Assembly (NCBI GenBank): GCA_000934665.2
Contig: KZ538020.1
Span: 62,001 to 126,000 of the forward strand
Source of the DNA: Catajapyx aquilonaris
Taxonomy: Eukaryota
Reading direction: 5' to 3'
Length of the DNA: 64,000 nucleotides
A model generated the notes under the pieces. It was not told where the DNA came from. It searched no databases and worked only from the letters and a program-made list of their open reading frames with translations. Shown here piece by piece: positions 24,245 to 36,813 of the stretch. Position 1 is the first letter of the stretch; the number at the start of each line of letters is the position of its first letter. Made by a program: the position numbers and the translations under genes.

Positions 24245-27141
24245 TATGTGTTATTGTCATTGATGGTATATGCTGACTTTTCTGAGTCAATGGCACACTT
24301 ATACTGTATAAAGTGAGAAGAAAATAGTAATTATATTTTTATATTACATTATATGGAATGTTGCTGACCACTGCATGATGGAAGAAGAAGTTGGCTGAAT
24401 ATTCAACTTTTGATATTAAATAATCTAATGGTAATACATCTCTGCCCTAATGAGTGGAAGAAGTGACACGCAGCCTAGTTCCGGAATTGTGATAACTAAT
24501 AGGACAAGTCAGCTGGTACATCCTGCAAAATGTGTAAATTAGATGCTATTTAGTGACGCACTACGGAGTCTGAGTGACTATTTGCATTGCAATGCTCACT
24601 ACTTAATTCCGTGGCTGATAATGCTAATTAAGGTAAACGGTTTGTCCCCAGCGCTAACATCCAGGCCTCCAGGGGTGGAGCAGGGGAGCCTGGCGAGCAT
24701 TTTTCTGCCCTCTTCCGCAATTCAATGTATAATGTACTGTATGCTCGTCTGGAGGATTACAATGGCTGCGATGAGAAGTAATCGGGCGTGGGTTGAGAGT
24801 AATGCTAGCAGAGCAAGGAGGCTTGGTCGCCATGTGGCAATTGAGAGCAGCTTGTGAAAACATAACACAGACGTCATGCTTACGTGCACAGACAATACAT
24901 GCAGGTAAACACAAATGGAATCAACATCAAACGGCTAGATAGGGCGTGACAGAATTGTGTATTTGTGTTTGCATTAAACCGAGATGTTGGCACGGCGGCT
25001 GCGTCTCATTCACGCCTGCCTTCCTTCCTCCATTTCCTTCCCCCCCTCTTCCTTCCTGCACAGGGTGTGTCAGACAGATATAACCCATCATTAGCAGCGG
25101 TTAAGTCCCTAACACAAGAAAGTCACACCAAGTTGACATCAGGCGATCAAGCAGTTTTTAGTTCCACACGCCCTTGCCAGAGGTGTGTCTGAAATAGTCG
25201 CTGTTCTAAATATTTCGTGATGTATCTGTTTTTCATTACTCATGCCTTTCATGCGATACCACAATATTTTTATGATGACATGCAACGTCACCTTTGACCC
25301 CAAAAATGGACAAAGTTTGAAATGGTTTAAAAATATACATTTGGAAGAATATTTATCCTAAACCTAAAACATGGGTACAAATTTCAGGAAGGTAAAATAT
25401 TTTGCTGGAGAAAAAATAAATTCGAAACATGAAGAGTCAGGGACCTCCCGCCAGGCAGACTAATGGTTTTGAAAAGTTTTTAAAAATACTAGGCCTGACT
25501 CGCCCATATTCAACAGGTGCATTTGTTCAGACTTTCCAAACTTAAATTGCAATATTCTTATGGTTGCTGTACAGTCATATCCGCACCAAATATACGAGAC
25601 TGGCCAGAGATACCAAGCAACTGCAGTATGTACCGTTATTAGCCTGTAACTTGCCACGCACTGAAACTATACATACACCCTACTTCAAATGCTAATTTTC
25701 TTCCCACGGAGTGGAACACAATGCAGAACTAACTGGAATGATTAAAAAGACTGTCGCTCATGCATGTGAGGGTGGTTACCCAACGAGTATTCGCCAAGAG
25801 AGACATATGAAGTGCCAAGAGATTCCTGCTATAGAGTTGTTCAATGGTCCGATTTTCAAAAACTCGCTGAGAGCGAACAACTGGCGGAAAACCACAATTC
25901 ACGCCTACACCACCTGATGGGAGAATATGGAATACAAATCATTATTTATATAACTAGACGGTTGTCATTTTCTTTTCTTACATTTCTTTCGCACATGCTC
26001 TTCATTTTTCCTATAACCTCCTGTACCATAGTGAGAACCCAGCTCTGGGTACTCCCTCCGCTCCCCTTCCTCCTCTTCATGACTAAGAGAATGCACCGGG
26101 CCGGTGCTAATTAATCGAGTTCCCCTGCATTGTCTCCGCAGCCAATTGCAGCCAGTAAACACCACCCAAGTAATGAAGAAATATCGCCCGCCAGACTTCC
26201 GGCCGCAGCTCAACTACGATTACCAGCTTATCAAGCGGCCTAATGTCCTCACTCTGCCTCACAACCTCTCACTCAATCCCCCCCTCCCTCCCCCACCCAC
26301 CTCATCTCCCCACTCAAACCCATTAACCAAACTTCACACATGCTGACATCAATATTAAAAGGATCACAAATACGCAGAGGTAGGAATTCTCCTATATACA
26401 GGCCGCAGAGTATGTGCTGCCAAGTACTATTTACATGTGCTCCGCTCGTCATTGGCAGTTAAGTACCATCCACATTTGAACCCGACTCCATCAGGTCAAA
26501 TGGAAAGCATATTCAGTGACAATGTTTATGCAACTTCCGGTTCACCTCATATTACAGCTTATCAATATTGCAGCGACGTACAGCAAGACGCGGCATGACC
26601 AGAGTTTCCCCACGCCACCGCTGCACATGGTAAACCCCTTTTTGGCATCAGGGATTGGAAAAAGCCAGACTTGAGCTGCCCATCACTCGGGTGTGGGTAG
26701 CAGCATCGACGGAAGGGGCCAGAAGCGGTGGTGGCTGCTGCGTTCATATCGTGGCTGTATTGAGGCTATTTGGCTTTGGGAACCTCCATGGAAATATTCC
26801 ACCCTTCCACAAAGCACATCGCCCGGAAAATCCATTCCGTATTTATTGGCAAGATGCAGTGGTTTGCCGGTGGTCGCTTCGGTTTTCCTTCCCTTTCATC
26901 CTAAAGCACCCGCACACGGATGCCAATCCTCAGATCTCCGGCTGCTGCTTCTGATCCTGTTGCTACTGATGATCCTACCCACCATCTCTTGTTAGCCTTC
27001 GTTCAAACCAGTGTGGACAAAAACAATGTGTATATCAGAAAATACCTGCGAATTTACATTAGACATTCCTGCATTCTTCATCAGCATACCGCAGGTTCTA
27101 AGCCAACCTGCCTATGTATGTCAGCATACACTGGACCTATA

Positions 27142-27364
27142 GAGGGTGTTAATCCTAAGCGTGTCACCAGAAAAGGTGGTGGTAGAGGAACTAGGAGTCA
27201 TAAACGCACCCTCACCGAGTCACTCCGCCGCGTGCCGCAAACTTGAAAGGGGCATAACTCGGTGAGGGTGCGTTTCCGACCTCTAGTTCCTTATGAAAAA
27301 ATGCTCACATCTGCGCCCTCTACCACCACCTATTCTGGTGACACGCTTAGGAGGAACACCTTGG
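27142..27364. mobile_element. Tc1/mariner-type MITE with two tiers of inverted repeats
   Basis: Outer arms TCCTAAGCGTGTCACCAGAA..GGTGGTGGTAGAGG, inner arms AAACGCACCCTCACCGAGT, and TA flanks. Confidence 0.82.
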
Positions 27365-27946
27365 TATATATACCACGGTATCAACACAGGTCAACTTTAT
27401 CCGCGTTATGTCACTTACATAACAGGATGAGCCCTCACGATTTACGCTGGAGTTTCTTTCTCCCCTGTCCTGAAAAGTTGTCAACTAAATTCCGCCTTAA
27501 CCAAGTTAAAGAAAAGAATGAGACAGCCACCAGGGGGGAAAAGAATAAGAAAAAAACAAAGCGACGGGAGACAACTCGAATGAATTTTCGCCCGAGTTGT
27601 TAGTCGATGGAAGAGTACAAACCCTCCCTCAAACCTCCCAATCCTCGATGCCGTTATCTAAACCGCCGTTGAGACTACAAAAGCTGCACTCATTTCCATA
27701 AATTATTGATCCTTAATAACGGCTGCTTCCAATACCCAGGAGGGCCGTGGATTGGACAGGCGGTTGGGCGGTAATCCGTGACGTTTGCTTGGAGAAGTTA
27801 TCGACGCCAAAGTGCCAGCTCTCGCTTGTCTGGTCTGCTTCTGCTTCTGCCATGCCTTGTTTGACTTTACGCAGATTAAGAACTGGGTTTCGATTTTACT
27901 CAGTCGCACTGCCACTTCGAATGTGAACTGGGCCATGGCAACATTC

Positions 27947-28028
27947 CCCGTCGAGCGGGTAGCCCACATGTCAGGATAAACGGAACGGATTACGTTCATC
28001 CTGACAGGTGGGCTACCCGCTCGACGGG
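27947..28028. repeat. GC-rich hairpin (~35-bp near-perfect arms)
   Basis: CCCGTCGAGCGGGTAGCCCACATGTCAGGAT pairs with ATCCTGACAGGTGGGCTACCCGCTCGACGGG. Confidence 0.85.
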
Positions 28029-28049
28029 ACAGATCTTTTTAAAATGTTG

Positions 28050-28182
28050 ATGGCTCAAGTTATTTTGGCAACTTTATCCTGGTCTTGAAGCAACCCTTTG
28101 CACAATCCCCACGGTGAGGAGGTGTGTGCGAAGGGTTGCTTCAAGACCAGGATAAAGTGGGCGAAAGAATTTGAGCCCCATG
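28050..28182. mobile_element. Palindromic MITE family A, copy 3 (loop in reverse orientation)
   Basis: Same core arms. The loop CCCCACGGTGAGGAGG is the reverse complement of the loop in the other copies. Confidence 0.88.
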
Positions 28183-30718
28183 GCAATAGGCTGGTTTTGA
28201 TAATTCCAACACACATCTCCTGCATGTTGGCAACTAAGAGGAATTCTCGAATGTGATTAGTTCCTACAGAAGGTGAGGTAGGTGGTAATAAAGGATCTGA
28301 GCAAAAAGTGTGAAGGAAAGGGGGGAGATGAAGAGAAAGCCATTGCCATTCGGGGGCGAAGGGGAAGAAGAGTGGGGCATAATGCGCAGCCATCGATCAG
28401 ATGGAGGAGAATGGATTAGTGCCGAACACTTGGAAATCCCCAACGGCCTATATCCGATCATTTCCATTTCGAACTCGGAGCGGAGCGGCACTGTTGGAAA
28501 ATTCTAATTATAATTAGGGCGGCACGATGAGGGGGAAATTGCCGACTGCTTTTAGAGAAGATCTGTAGGGGGATGGAGAGAGAGTGGGATGATTCACGCA
28601 AGGTAGGAAGAAAGCAATGCAGCAGACAGTTGGGTAGTGCCATAAGACGCGGATTTGGGCGCCAGAGGCTTAAAGGTCCCCGCCAGCTTCGCCTGCTCGA
28701 CACCCACATTACCAAATCTCACCGTCTCCCAGGGCACCTAATGAGCCCCGGAATATGTGCGCCGCCCTACCAAATTATTTTTGCCCCCCAAAATCTCCCC
28801 TTCCCCTTTTGCCAAATCCTCCTCCACAGAACCCGCCACTTGGCCATTGCAAATAAGCTCTCTCACTCACTCCCAGTCCTGGTGCCACGACTTTCCATCC
28901 GCTCTCGTCCCCTTCTTCTTTCTCAACTTTGGCCCTCCCCGACAGCCAACAGGACACTAATCTTCTTGGTCCTGCCACGGTGCGAATTATGCGGCCTCCT
29001 GCTCCGAATCGACGTCAAATGACAACACACTGGCTGGACCAAAGTGCCACGACGGGTTGTCCACTTAGTAACAATTAATTCGACTAAGCTATAAATTAGG
29101 AATGTTCTCAAAAATAATTTATCTTAATATACTGCAAAGCTCCAGTGTGCTAGTCGCATTTGACATGCAGGGGCATGTCGGGCAGCCTCGTGCTCATTTT
29201 AGTTTGCAGAAAGTAATATATTTCTCGCCTGAATCACAAACCCCAGCGTCCATAGCTATAACATCGTGATTGTCTTGCGCCCGGTCGTAATGCAGAAATG
29301 TATTCCCCCTCCTCCCTCGGTCCGTATTCCTGTCCCCTCCATTCCCACACCAAAAAAGTGTTTGCATGGATGGGTCCGAGGTGATGGGCACCTTGGGCAG
29401 CTCCAGTGCCCGCGGGGAACGGCGCAGTTAACTTGTGGCCGCTCGCGGTTCCGATAAACTAGGGCTGAATAACGTGCACATTTGCGAATCGGACAGTTTT
29501 CCGCGCGCCTAAAAGTTATCCGCCTGCATAGCCCACACTACAAGCTAATAATGTAATAAGCAAGGGCTCCCAGCGCATTCTGACAGGAATTCGAAAATGT
29601 TATTTTTGCGGCGCTTGGAAGGCGACCAAGGAAAGAGGTGAGGCTGGGTATATGCAGGGAACGGCATGAAAAAAGAGAGAGAAATAGCTTTAATGAATTT
29701 CCACAAAATTCCCTAGTTCCATTTTTGGAAGCGACGGGTATCGGAGCGGAACAAAGCCGAGGCGACTCGGACTGCGCAGCATCATTCGCGACCCTGCCAT
29801 ATCTGCATTTTCTTTTCTTCCATTTTTGCGCTCTTACCGCCAGCCACCATCCAGGGGAATTACATGCTGTTGCTGTAATAGGCTCCTAACCCACGCCACA
29901 TTTTCCACTCGCAGATTTTTCCCTCAAAAAAAAAAATTGTAGGAAAAATTTCTACCTGCGCTGGATGCCGCTTGGACAAGGGCTGGCTGGGACGCTGCGG
30001 CAAAAGCAGGCTCTCAATAAATAACGGTCTGCCCGCCCCGGTCTCAGATCCGTATGCTGCGTCCTCCAAGGACCCGAGCCAAAAGGCCACGCGTCCCGTC
30101 AAACTCCAAAGGCGATTGTAAACCATCCTACCCCACATTATGCAATGCGGCCCCGGCTGTCTATGAGTAATTCATGGACGCCATCATTTCCGCCTCCCGG
30201 CCCCATGAATTCCCGGGCCTAGCTTATTTGCTGCCGCAAGACACCCAACCCTTATATGTGCAGGTTGGGATTCACGTCCACAAAGCCAGAGACCACAAAC
30301 ATTCCGACAACTTATTGCATGCATGCTAAGCGAAATCAGGGGAGTTTTTAGAAAAGCTGAGAGATATGCCATGTTTCGGGGGTGACAACCTGCACCCCAC
30401 GTCTCTGACTGTGACCATTTTTGAACGAAATGCAATTATGTAGGATCTCTTTACTCTCCCCCCCCCCCCCATCAATACTATATTCCTCAAAATATACACA
30501 TTGTGAAAACACCCACGTTGGGCGTCATTGTCAGGGCCCACCACTCTAACCCCACAATGGTCGTGGTCGTGGTCCAACAATACATTTGCGACCAACCTGC
30601 AGCCAGGTCGTTTCACGACTCACTCACAAAAGAGCACTCCATCCTAGGTCCACACCCAGCAGACGCCATTGCCCTCTGCTGAGGGGCAGTCACACCATCC
30701 TTAAAACTATTGTCTGTA

Positions 30719-30966
30719 CTGGGTGCTCGACAATAATTGAACGGTGTTATGTAATAATGAGTCAACCCACAAAAATGTCAAAATTGAATCAACACCTATA
30801 CCTAAAGGATCCTACTTCACATAGTTAAAATCACGCTGGTAAATCTGCATATTTCCGCCATAAATGACCGAAAAGAACACTGAATTAATTTCACCGGCAT
30901 GACCTTCTCATGTTCTCATGTGGGTTGACTCATTATTGCATAACACCGTCCAATTATGGCATACCG
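30719..30966. mobile_element. Tc1/mariner-type MITE
   Basis: Arms ATAATTGAACGGTGTTATGTAATAATGAGTCAACCCAC / GTGGGTTGACTCATTATTGCATAACACCGTCCAATTAT with TA flanks. A partial copy lies at 1746-1927. Confidence 0.8.
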
Positions 30967-33900
30967 TACTGACTGAATTGGTCAATATTGTTACTGAAAC
31001 ACTTCTCGCCTTAAAACCTCAGAGCATTATATCCTAATGCAGTAAGAATCAATTCAATACGCGCACTATTGCCGGAACAAACTACGTCGAATAAAGTCCT
31101 TCTAGTGTTCCCCCGCTGATTTTCGGCAGGGTTCTAAAACCGGCTCCATTTGGAAAGCCGGAAGTAAATGGTAGAACGAGTTTTCAAAGCAGGAAAAGTG
31201 AAAAGTCCAGGAAAAAACTGCCAGAATTACCTTTTCATACTTTTTACTAGTCGTAAAGCAAAAGAGGCAGCCAAAGTTCATTATGAAAGTCATATCCCGT
31301 CAATTATTGACCCTATTCCACAACTGTTAACCATTCGCAGGAGACCAGCCAGCAATGAAAAGAAATTGTCCTGCAGAGATTATTAGGATATCTCACTTCA
31401 ATCATCTCCAAATTATACTTTCGCAAGCTATAACCTGCGAGCGAACGCGCCTTCGCTCTCACAAGTAATGATTTATAAACCACATTAGCGGGCCAAATCT
31501 TTTTCGGATTTCTTGCCGGGATCCTCCTGTAACCAAATGCGACACGGATCGCTTACCAGGAATTAGGGAAGTGGCGGAGATCTTAATTGCTTGGGTCAAT
31601 GCTTCCTCCCTTTCTCCCCCCACCTCCTTATTCCCTCTTTCTCCCCCACTTCTCACAGGGATGGGGAAAAAGTAAGAAGAAGAGGGAGAGCTCTCTTTAA
31701 AAAAAAATACTTCTCAGTCAGGAAGTTTCAATGGAGGGCATCTGTAAGATTTCTCATCATCCGGCAGCAGTAGCGCCATCTAGATTGCTCCCAATTCGAC
31801 ATTTTAGAAATTAACTTCTGTAACTAAATACTGGCATTAAAAGTTCAATTACTATGACAACAAGTTCAATCAAAAGTGGCTCAAGGTAAAGTCTACAGAA
31901 AAAATTGGGGTATGATATTCGCCTATAATGTAGAGCCTAAAGAATGTGGTCGTCTCATGTATTGTTTGGAGTGCGTCGGCAAGATTCGGCAACGACGCTC
32001 TGCCTCCAGCGGCGACTCTGCTCTTCCGGCCCCATCCTCGTTTAAATACAAAATCCATAAAGCAACTCCCATTCCACCCTATTGACTAACAATATGCAAA
32101 TCCGCCATCGATCCATATTTAAAGAAGTAAAGTGCAGGAAATCACCAGCCACCTTGGCAATGCCCTATTTTCATGCAAATCGGCAGCCTCGGGACTAGGG
32201 TGGGCGCCGAGACGCCAGGACGCTGGTCCTCAAGGGTCGGAGGTCAACCCCTTCGTAAGTCCACGGGAGACTCGCAAGGAGGGAGAGTTATGATGGGCAA
32301 CGCCAAACTTAGTGATCGCCAATATGCGGCTGTAATGACAAGCGAGGCCCATTATGAGTGTAGCCCATCGGTGAAGGGATGTTTCTGATGAGCTATAGGC
32401 GATATCGAACATCGATATCATCTGCACTGGTGCATCTTCCCCTCTCTCTCCATCGAGGGGAGGGGGTATAGTTAGGGGGTGGGAGGGGGGAGACAATGGG
32501 ACGGATAATAGCGAAAGGGAGGGCAAGAGAAAAGTCTGTTCCCAAGCACACTTCCCGTAAACCACGCGATAAAATGCTCTTCCACGCCCTCCTTACAATC
32601 CTATGAATCTACTCATCTCTTAGTCTTATTCAATGTCTTCTGCACTCATTACCACTAACGATGCAGATAATTTTTTATTCCTAAATTATCAGGCGGTTGT
32701 GTGCTCATGCCGCGTGTAATATACACGAATCGATACATATGACGTCATCAGTCACGAATGCGCTAATGTGCAGTGTTTTAATTGCAAGTCTACATATTCA
32801 TCAATCCATCCTGACCCCTGCCCTCGTTTAATGTGTGAGAATCAAAGACCTCTTGATTGGAATGGGGGGGATTGCCGAAGAAATCAAGCTAATGGCACTT
32901 GTTACAATTACTCGACTTTTTGTTTTATGGAGTTGATCATTATACTTTTACTATAGTTTTGCTTCGCATTCATCTTTGTTATATCAGAATTCATGTGGTA
33001 CACGAAAAATGTGAGCACTGATTATACCAGCGGTTCTTCAAGTGGTTCTGCTACTAACTAATATTGTATTAGCATAGTTTCGTATATTATTATTATTATT
33101 ATCGAAAAGTAAAAAAAGGCATGTGTGAAAACTCGGAATCAACTTTTTGAAATAAAACTCAAGCCCAGCAAAATACCAAGCATGAGTTGGTGCAATATTG
33201 CCTAAAGTTGCGTGTGTTTTCCACACATAATATAGTGTAAAGGCGAGAATTCCAGCTGACTTTCACTTCTAAAATAATAGCATCAATGTAAAAATAATGT
33301 TATTTACTTGTAGCGCAAATGTGCAATTTGCAGGGTACATCCTAACTAAATATTCATGATGAGGTCATTATTATGGCACAATATGCATACTTTAAGCCAC
33401 GAATGTGCTGTTACAAAATAAAAACAAGCATCATACAATGGTATAGTAGTTTTCCCATATACATGTCAGATTACCGAACCAGAAAACCGTCCTGCTGCAT
33501 GATATCATCAATTACATCACACCTTAGTGCAGCTAAGGCACACATTACCGCCCTCTAAATATGCCTATTGTACCTGACAAAGAGTGTGTTGCACCGTATA
33601 TTCAGAGTAAAGAAAGCATCTTCCTAGGACGCTCCATTACACGGACACAGTGTGTATGTGTGCCGTGTGTGTGTGTATGGTGAAGCATAATCCAGCGGCA
33701 GAGGATCTCTTTTCGATTATGAATGAATGTCTTGGGCAAACAGCGCGTGTTAGCAGGAGATTGCAGGGAAAGAGGCTCTTCCCCCCAAAAACCCTTCCCT
33801 TCCTTGGGCCATCAAGTGCCTCTGCCCACACACTAACTGCTGTTTGCTCTGCCCAGCAGCAGGACAAGGGATGCAGTGCAGACATGCTGCTGACCAGTGT

Positions 33901-34487
33901 CCCCTCCCCCTTCTACAACCCATCCTCCCCCCTCACTTATTTACCAAACTGCGCTGCCCTTTAAGCGCCCCCCGGAGACGAGGTCCTCCCCACCCTCCCT
34001 ACCACCATCACCTCAACTCTCCGCTTTCCCCCTTCAAAATGTTGACAACTTCAGTATATGACAAGCTCCTTAAAAAAAATCCGCGCTTCCCACAACAACA
34101 AGTCCATAGGAAGTCTGAAAGTGAGGAAGCCTAAGTGTATCAGGAATGAATCGTTAGGGCAAGGAAATGAAATTATTCCATTACTCTTCCCCAATACTTC
34201 TGCAGCGCTAAGGCAGTCAATATTCTAATTAAGGCCGGAACACGTATTTTAAGGCTTGGGCGTATCGTTTCTCAATCGCGGAAAGGGAATGAATGGATGT
34301 CACCGCAGCAGTCGCTTGTTTGCCAGACGAAAAGGAATAGCAAACAGTGGGACGTGGTGCACGAAATAAGACAAGGAATCAGAAAGGATCAGTGTCTAGT
34401 GGCCATAATCGCTTGAAAATTAATTATGGCGCACCTGTGGATAACCATAGTGCACGATAGTTCCTATTATCACAGGTAGGCTAACTA

Positions 34488-34770
34488 CACTCTTAACCAT
34501 TTACCTTCTCTAGAGAGGGTAAGAAAGTGGCCATTTTTTACCTTACATTGTAGGGTAAATCTTGGGTAAATTGATTCTAAGGTAAATTTTGCATGTATTA
34601 CCTTAGAAAATAGAGGGTAAAAATAGGCCCTTTTTTACTCTCTATTTTCTAAGGTAATACATGCAAAATTGACCTTAGAATCAATTTACCCAAGAATATT
34701 TACCCTACAATGTAAGGTAAAAAATGGCAACTTTCTTATCCACTCTGGAGAAGGTAAATGGTTAAGAGTG
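34488..34770. mobile_element. 283-bp near-perfect foldback MITE with CACTCTTAA termini
   Basis: TA|CACTCTTAACCATTTACCTTCTC..GAGAAGGTAAATGGTTAAGAGTG|TA. The arms pair almost to the centre and carry repeated TTACC/GGTAA motifs. Confidence 0.92.
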
Positions 34771-36752
34771 TAATGATGTCAAATTGCTATTTCTTAAAAC
34801 ACTTCCTAAAATCAGACCCTGGTTAGTTACCCTGGCAGTCCGCCTGTGTGAGCAGGTACCCCACTTGAAAACGAACGCACCCAACTATGCCCCCCCACCC
34901 AACCTAACCATCCAGCTCCAAGGCCATAAGACCCTCCCCAGGCGTTTCTGGCGAAGCATTACAGCAACATATATCAGCGAATGGCGATTGTAGTAGCAGA
35001 AAATTACAGGCAATAACGCGGGCCCGATACGACCGAAACTGAAATCACAAGATGAGTTGTCGTTCCGTTTCCCAGGTCCGTGCGGCGGCAGTTTATAGTG
35101 CAGTTTATGCGATAGTAAAGTTGGCAATCGAATGAAATAGGAGCCAACATTTTATCACGGGACATCCTATAAGCGAGGAGGGGAATTACCCGCAGATTAC
35201 AACGTGGATGCGATCGTATAGACTTCAATACATTTTTTAGCAATTTATGTGCGCAAGGCGGCTTGTCCCGGCCTAATCTGCCGGCTATGCTTGGGCGGAT
35301 GGAGCCCTTTTTTATAGGTCCCCCTCCCAGGGTAAAGTGGGAGAGAGTAGGGGGGAATAGTACTATATACCTGCGGTAGGGATTTGGGGGGCGCAGATGG
35401 AAGCGACGCCGCCTATTGATAGGCCTTCATCTCTTTCCAGCTCTTGCTCGTTTCAGCCTCACCTTCAGCTCTACCCCCGTGCCAATCATGTTGAAAACGC
35501 CATTACTTGCCTTATTGCCAGCCCTCAACTAATCTTATTTTCTGATACACCACTGACAGTGGCTATTGGCTACACACCACATATCATGAATGTAGACATA
35601 ATTCTAATTATACACCAACTGATTACGGTTGCCCATAAATAAGCATGGGTAAGTCAAAAAAAAGGACTGTTTAGAGAAACAGGAGGGGGGAAAAGCAACG
35701 AGAGGCTGTCGTTAACCTTGTCAATCTGCGGCGCCCGAGGTTTTCAAGCCCCAGCCCGCCTTTTCCCGGCTTTTCCTCCGCTTCCCGGAGTAGACACTCC
35801 AGCCATCTAGCGAGCCAGTTGCTCATCGCACACCACGGCATTTCCCCCCTTCTTGACTTCCCTCCATCTACACTTTGCTCAAGTGGACATTACGCACATT
35901 TCATTTCTCCAAAAAATACATCCAAAAAAATACATCAAAAGTGAGCGGCGCAGCGCCTGGAAAGCGGCAATATGCAGAACAAGAGAGGCTGATGGGTTGC
36001 CTAGTAGCCAGGATAAGTCTGACTGTTGCCGATGTCCCTAGGTATTCTCTGCCTCCTTTTCTCCCTTTGACTTGTCCCTACCCACCCACCCACTCTCGGG
36101 TTTCCCCCGCAGACCAATCCTTCACGCGAATCCCACGGCTTTACCTCTCCCCCGTCAACCTGCCCAATCCCTCCCCCCCTTCCTACTCCCTCCTCCCTTT
36201 GCTCCGGGCGATATTGAAACAAAACAAGCTGTTGAAAAATACCCGAGGAGCAGTTGTGCATTTGGATCGATGTGGAGCCCAGGGATCCGACGCCGCCGAC
36301 GCCATGCCAGTGACGGCGACGGCCACGGCGACGATGACGGCTGTCCCCCCNNNNNNNNCCCTACCACCCTTCCCCCCCTAATCCCTGACATCCCTTTTCC
36401 CCACGCAACAACCCATGCGCACTAACACAACTTGCACGCACTGTCTTATTCACCCGGGGCCACTGCGTTTCCATACACGCTGGCTCGGCAGGCGCCTTTT
36501 TATTTTAACACTCATAAAAGCCTATCATCACTTCATAATAGGACGTGTTCGCTCACTAAAACGGCTCCGGCCCTTCCCCGCGTTTTATTCGCCGGCTGGT
36601 GAAACCAATAGGTGAGGGTGATCAGATCGTAATGGGGGTTTCAAACCGGGCCTAATAAAATGGGGCCGGGTAATAGTCCCGCCGATCAGTTTGTCATTTG
36701 TTGCTTTTTAAGTAGATCAAGTTGAGTCTATTGAAACTGTAGCGTGGGATAA

Positions 36753-36813
36753 ACCTATACTACACACCTATACTACACCTATACTGCACCTATACCACAC
36801 ACCTATACTACAC
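36753..36813. repeat. Minisatellite (ACCTATACTAC[AC]) x5
   Basis: Tandem 11-13-bp units read directly from the sequence. Confidence 0.85.
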
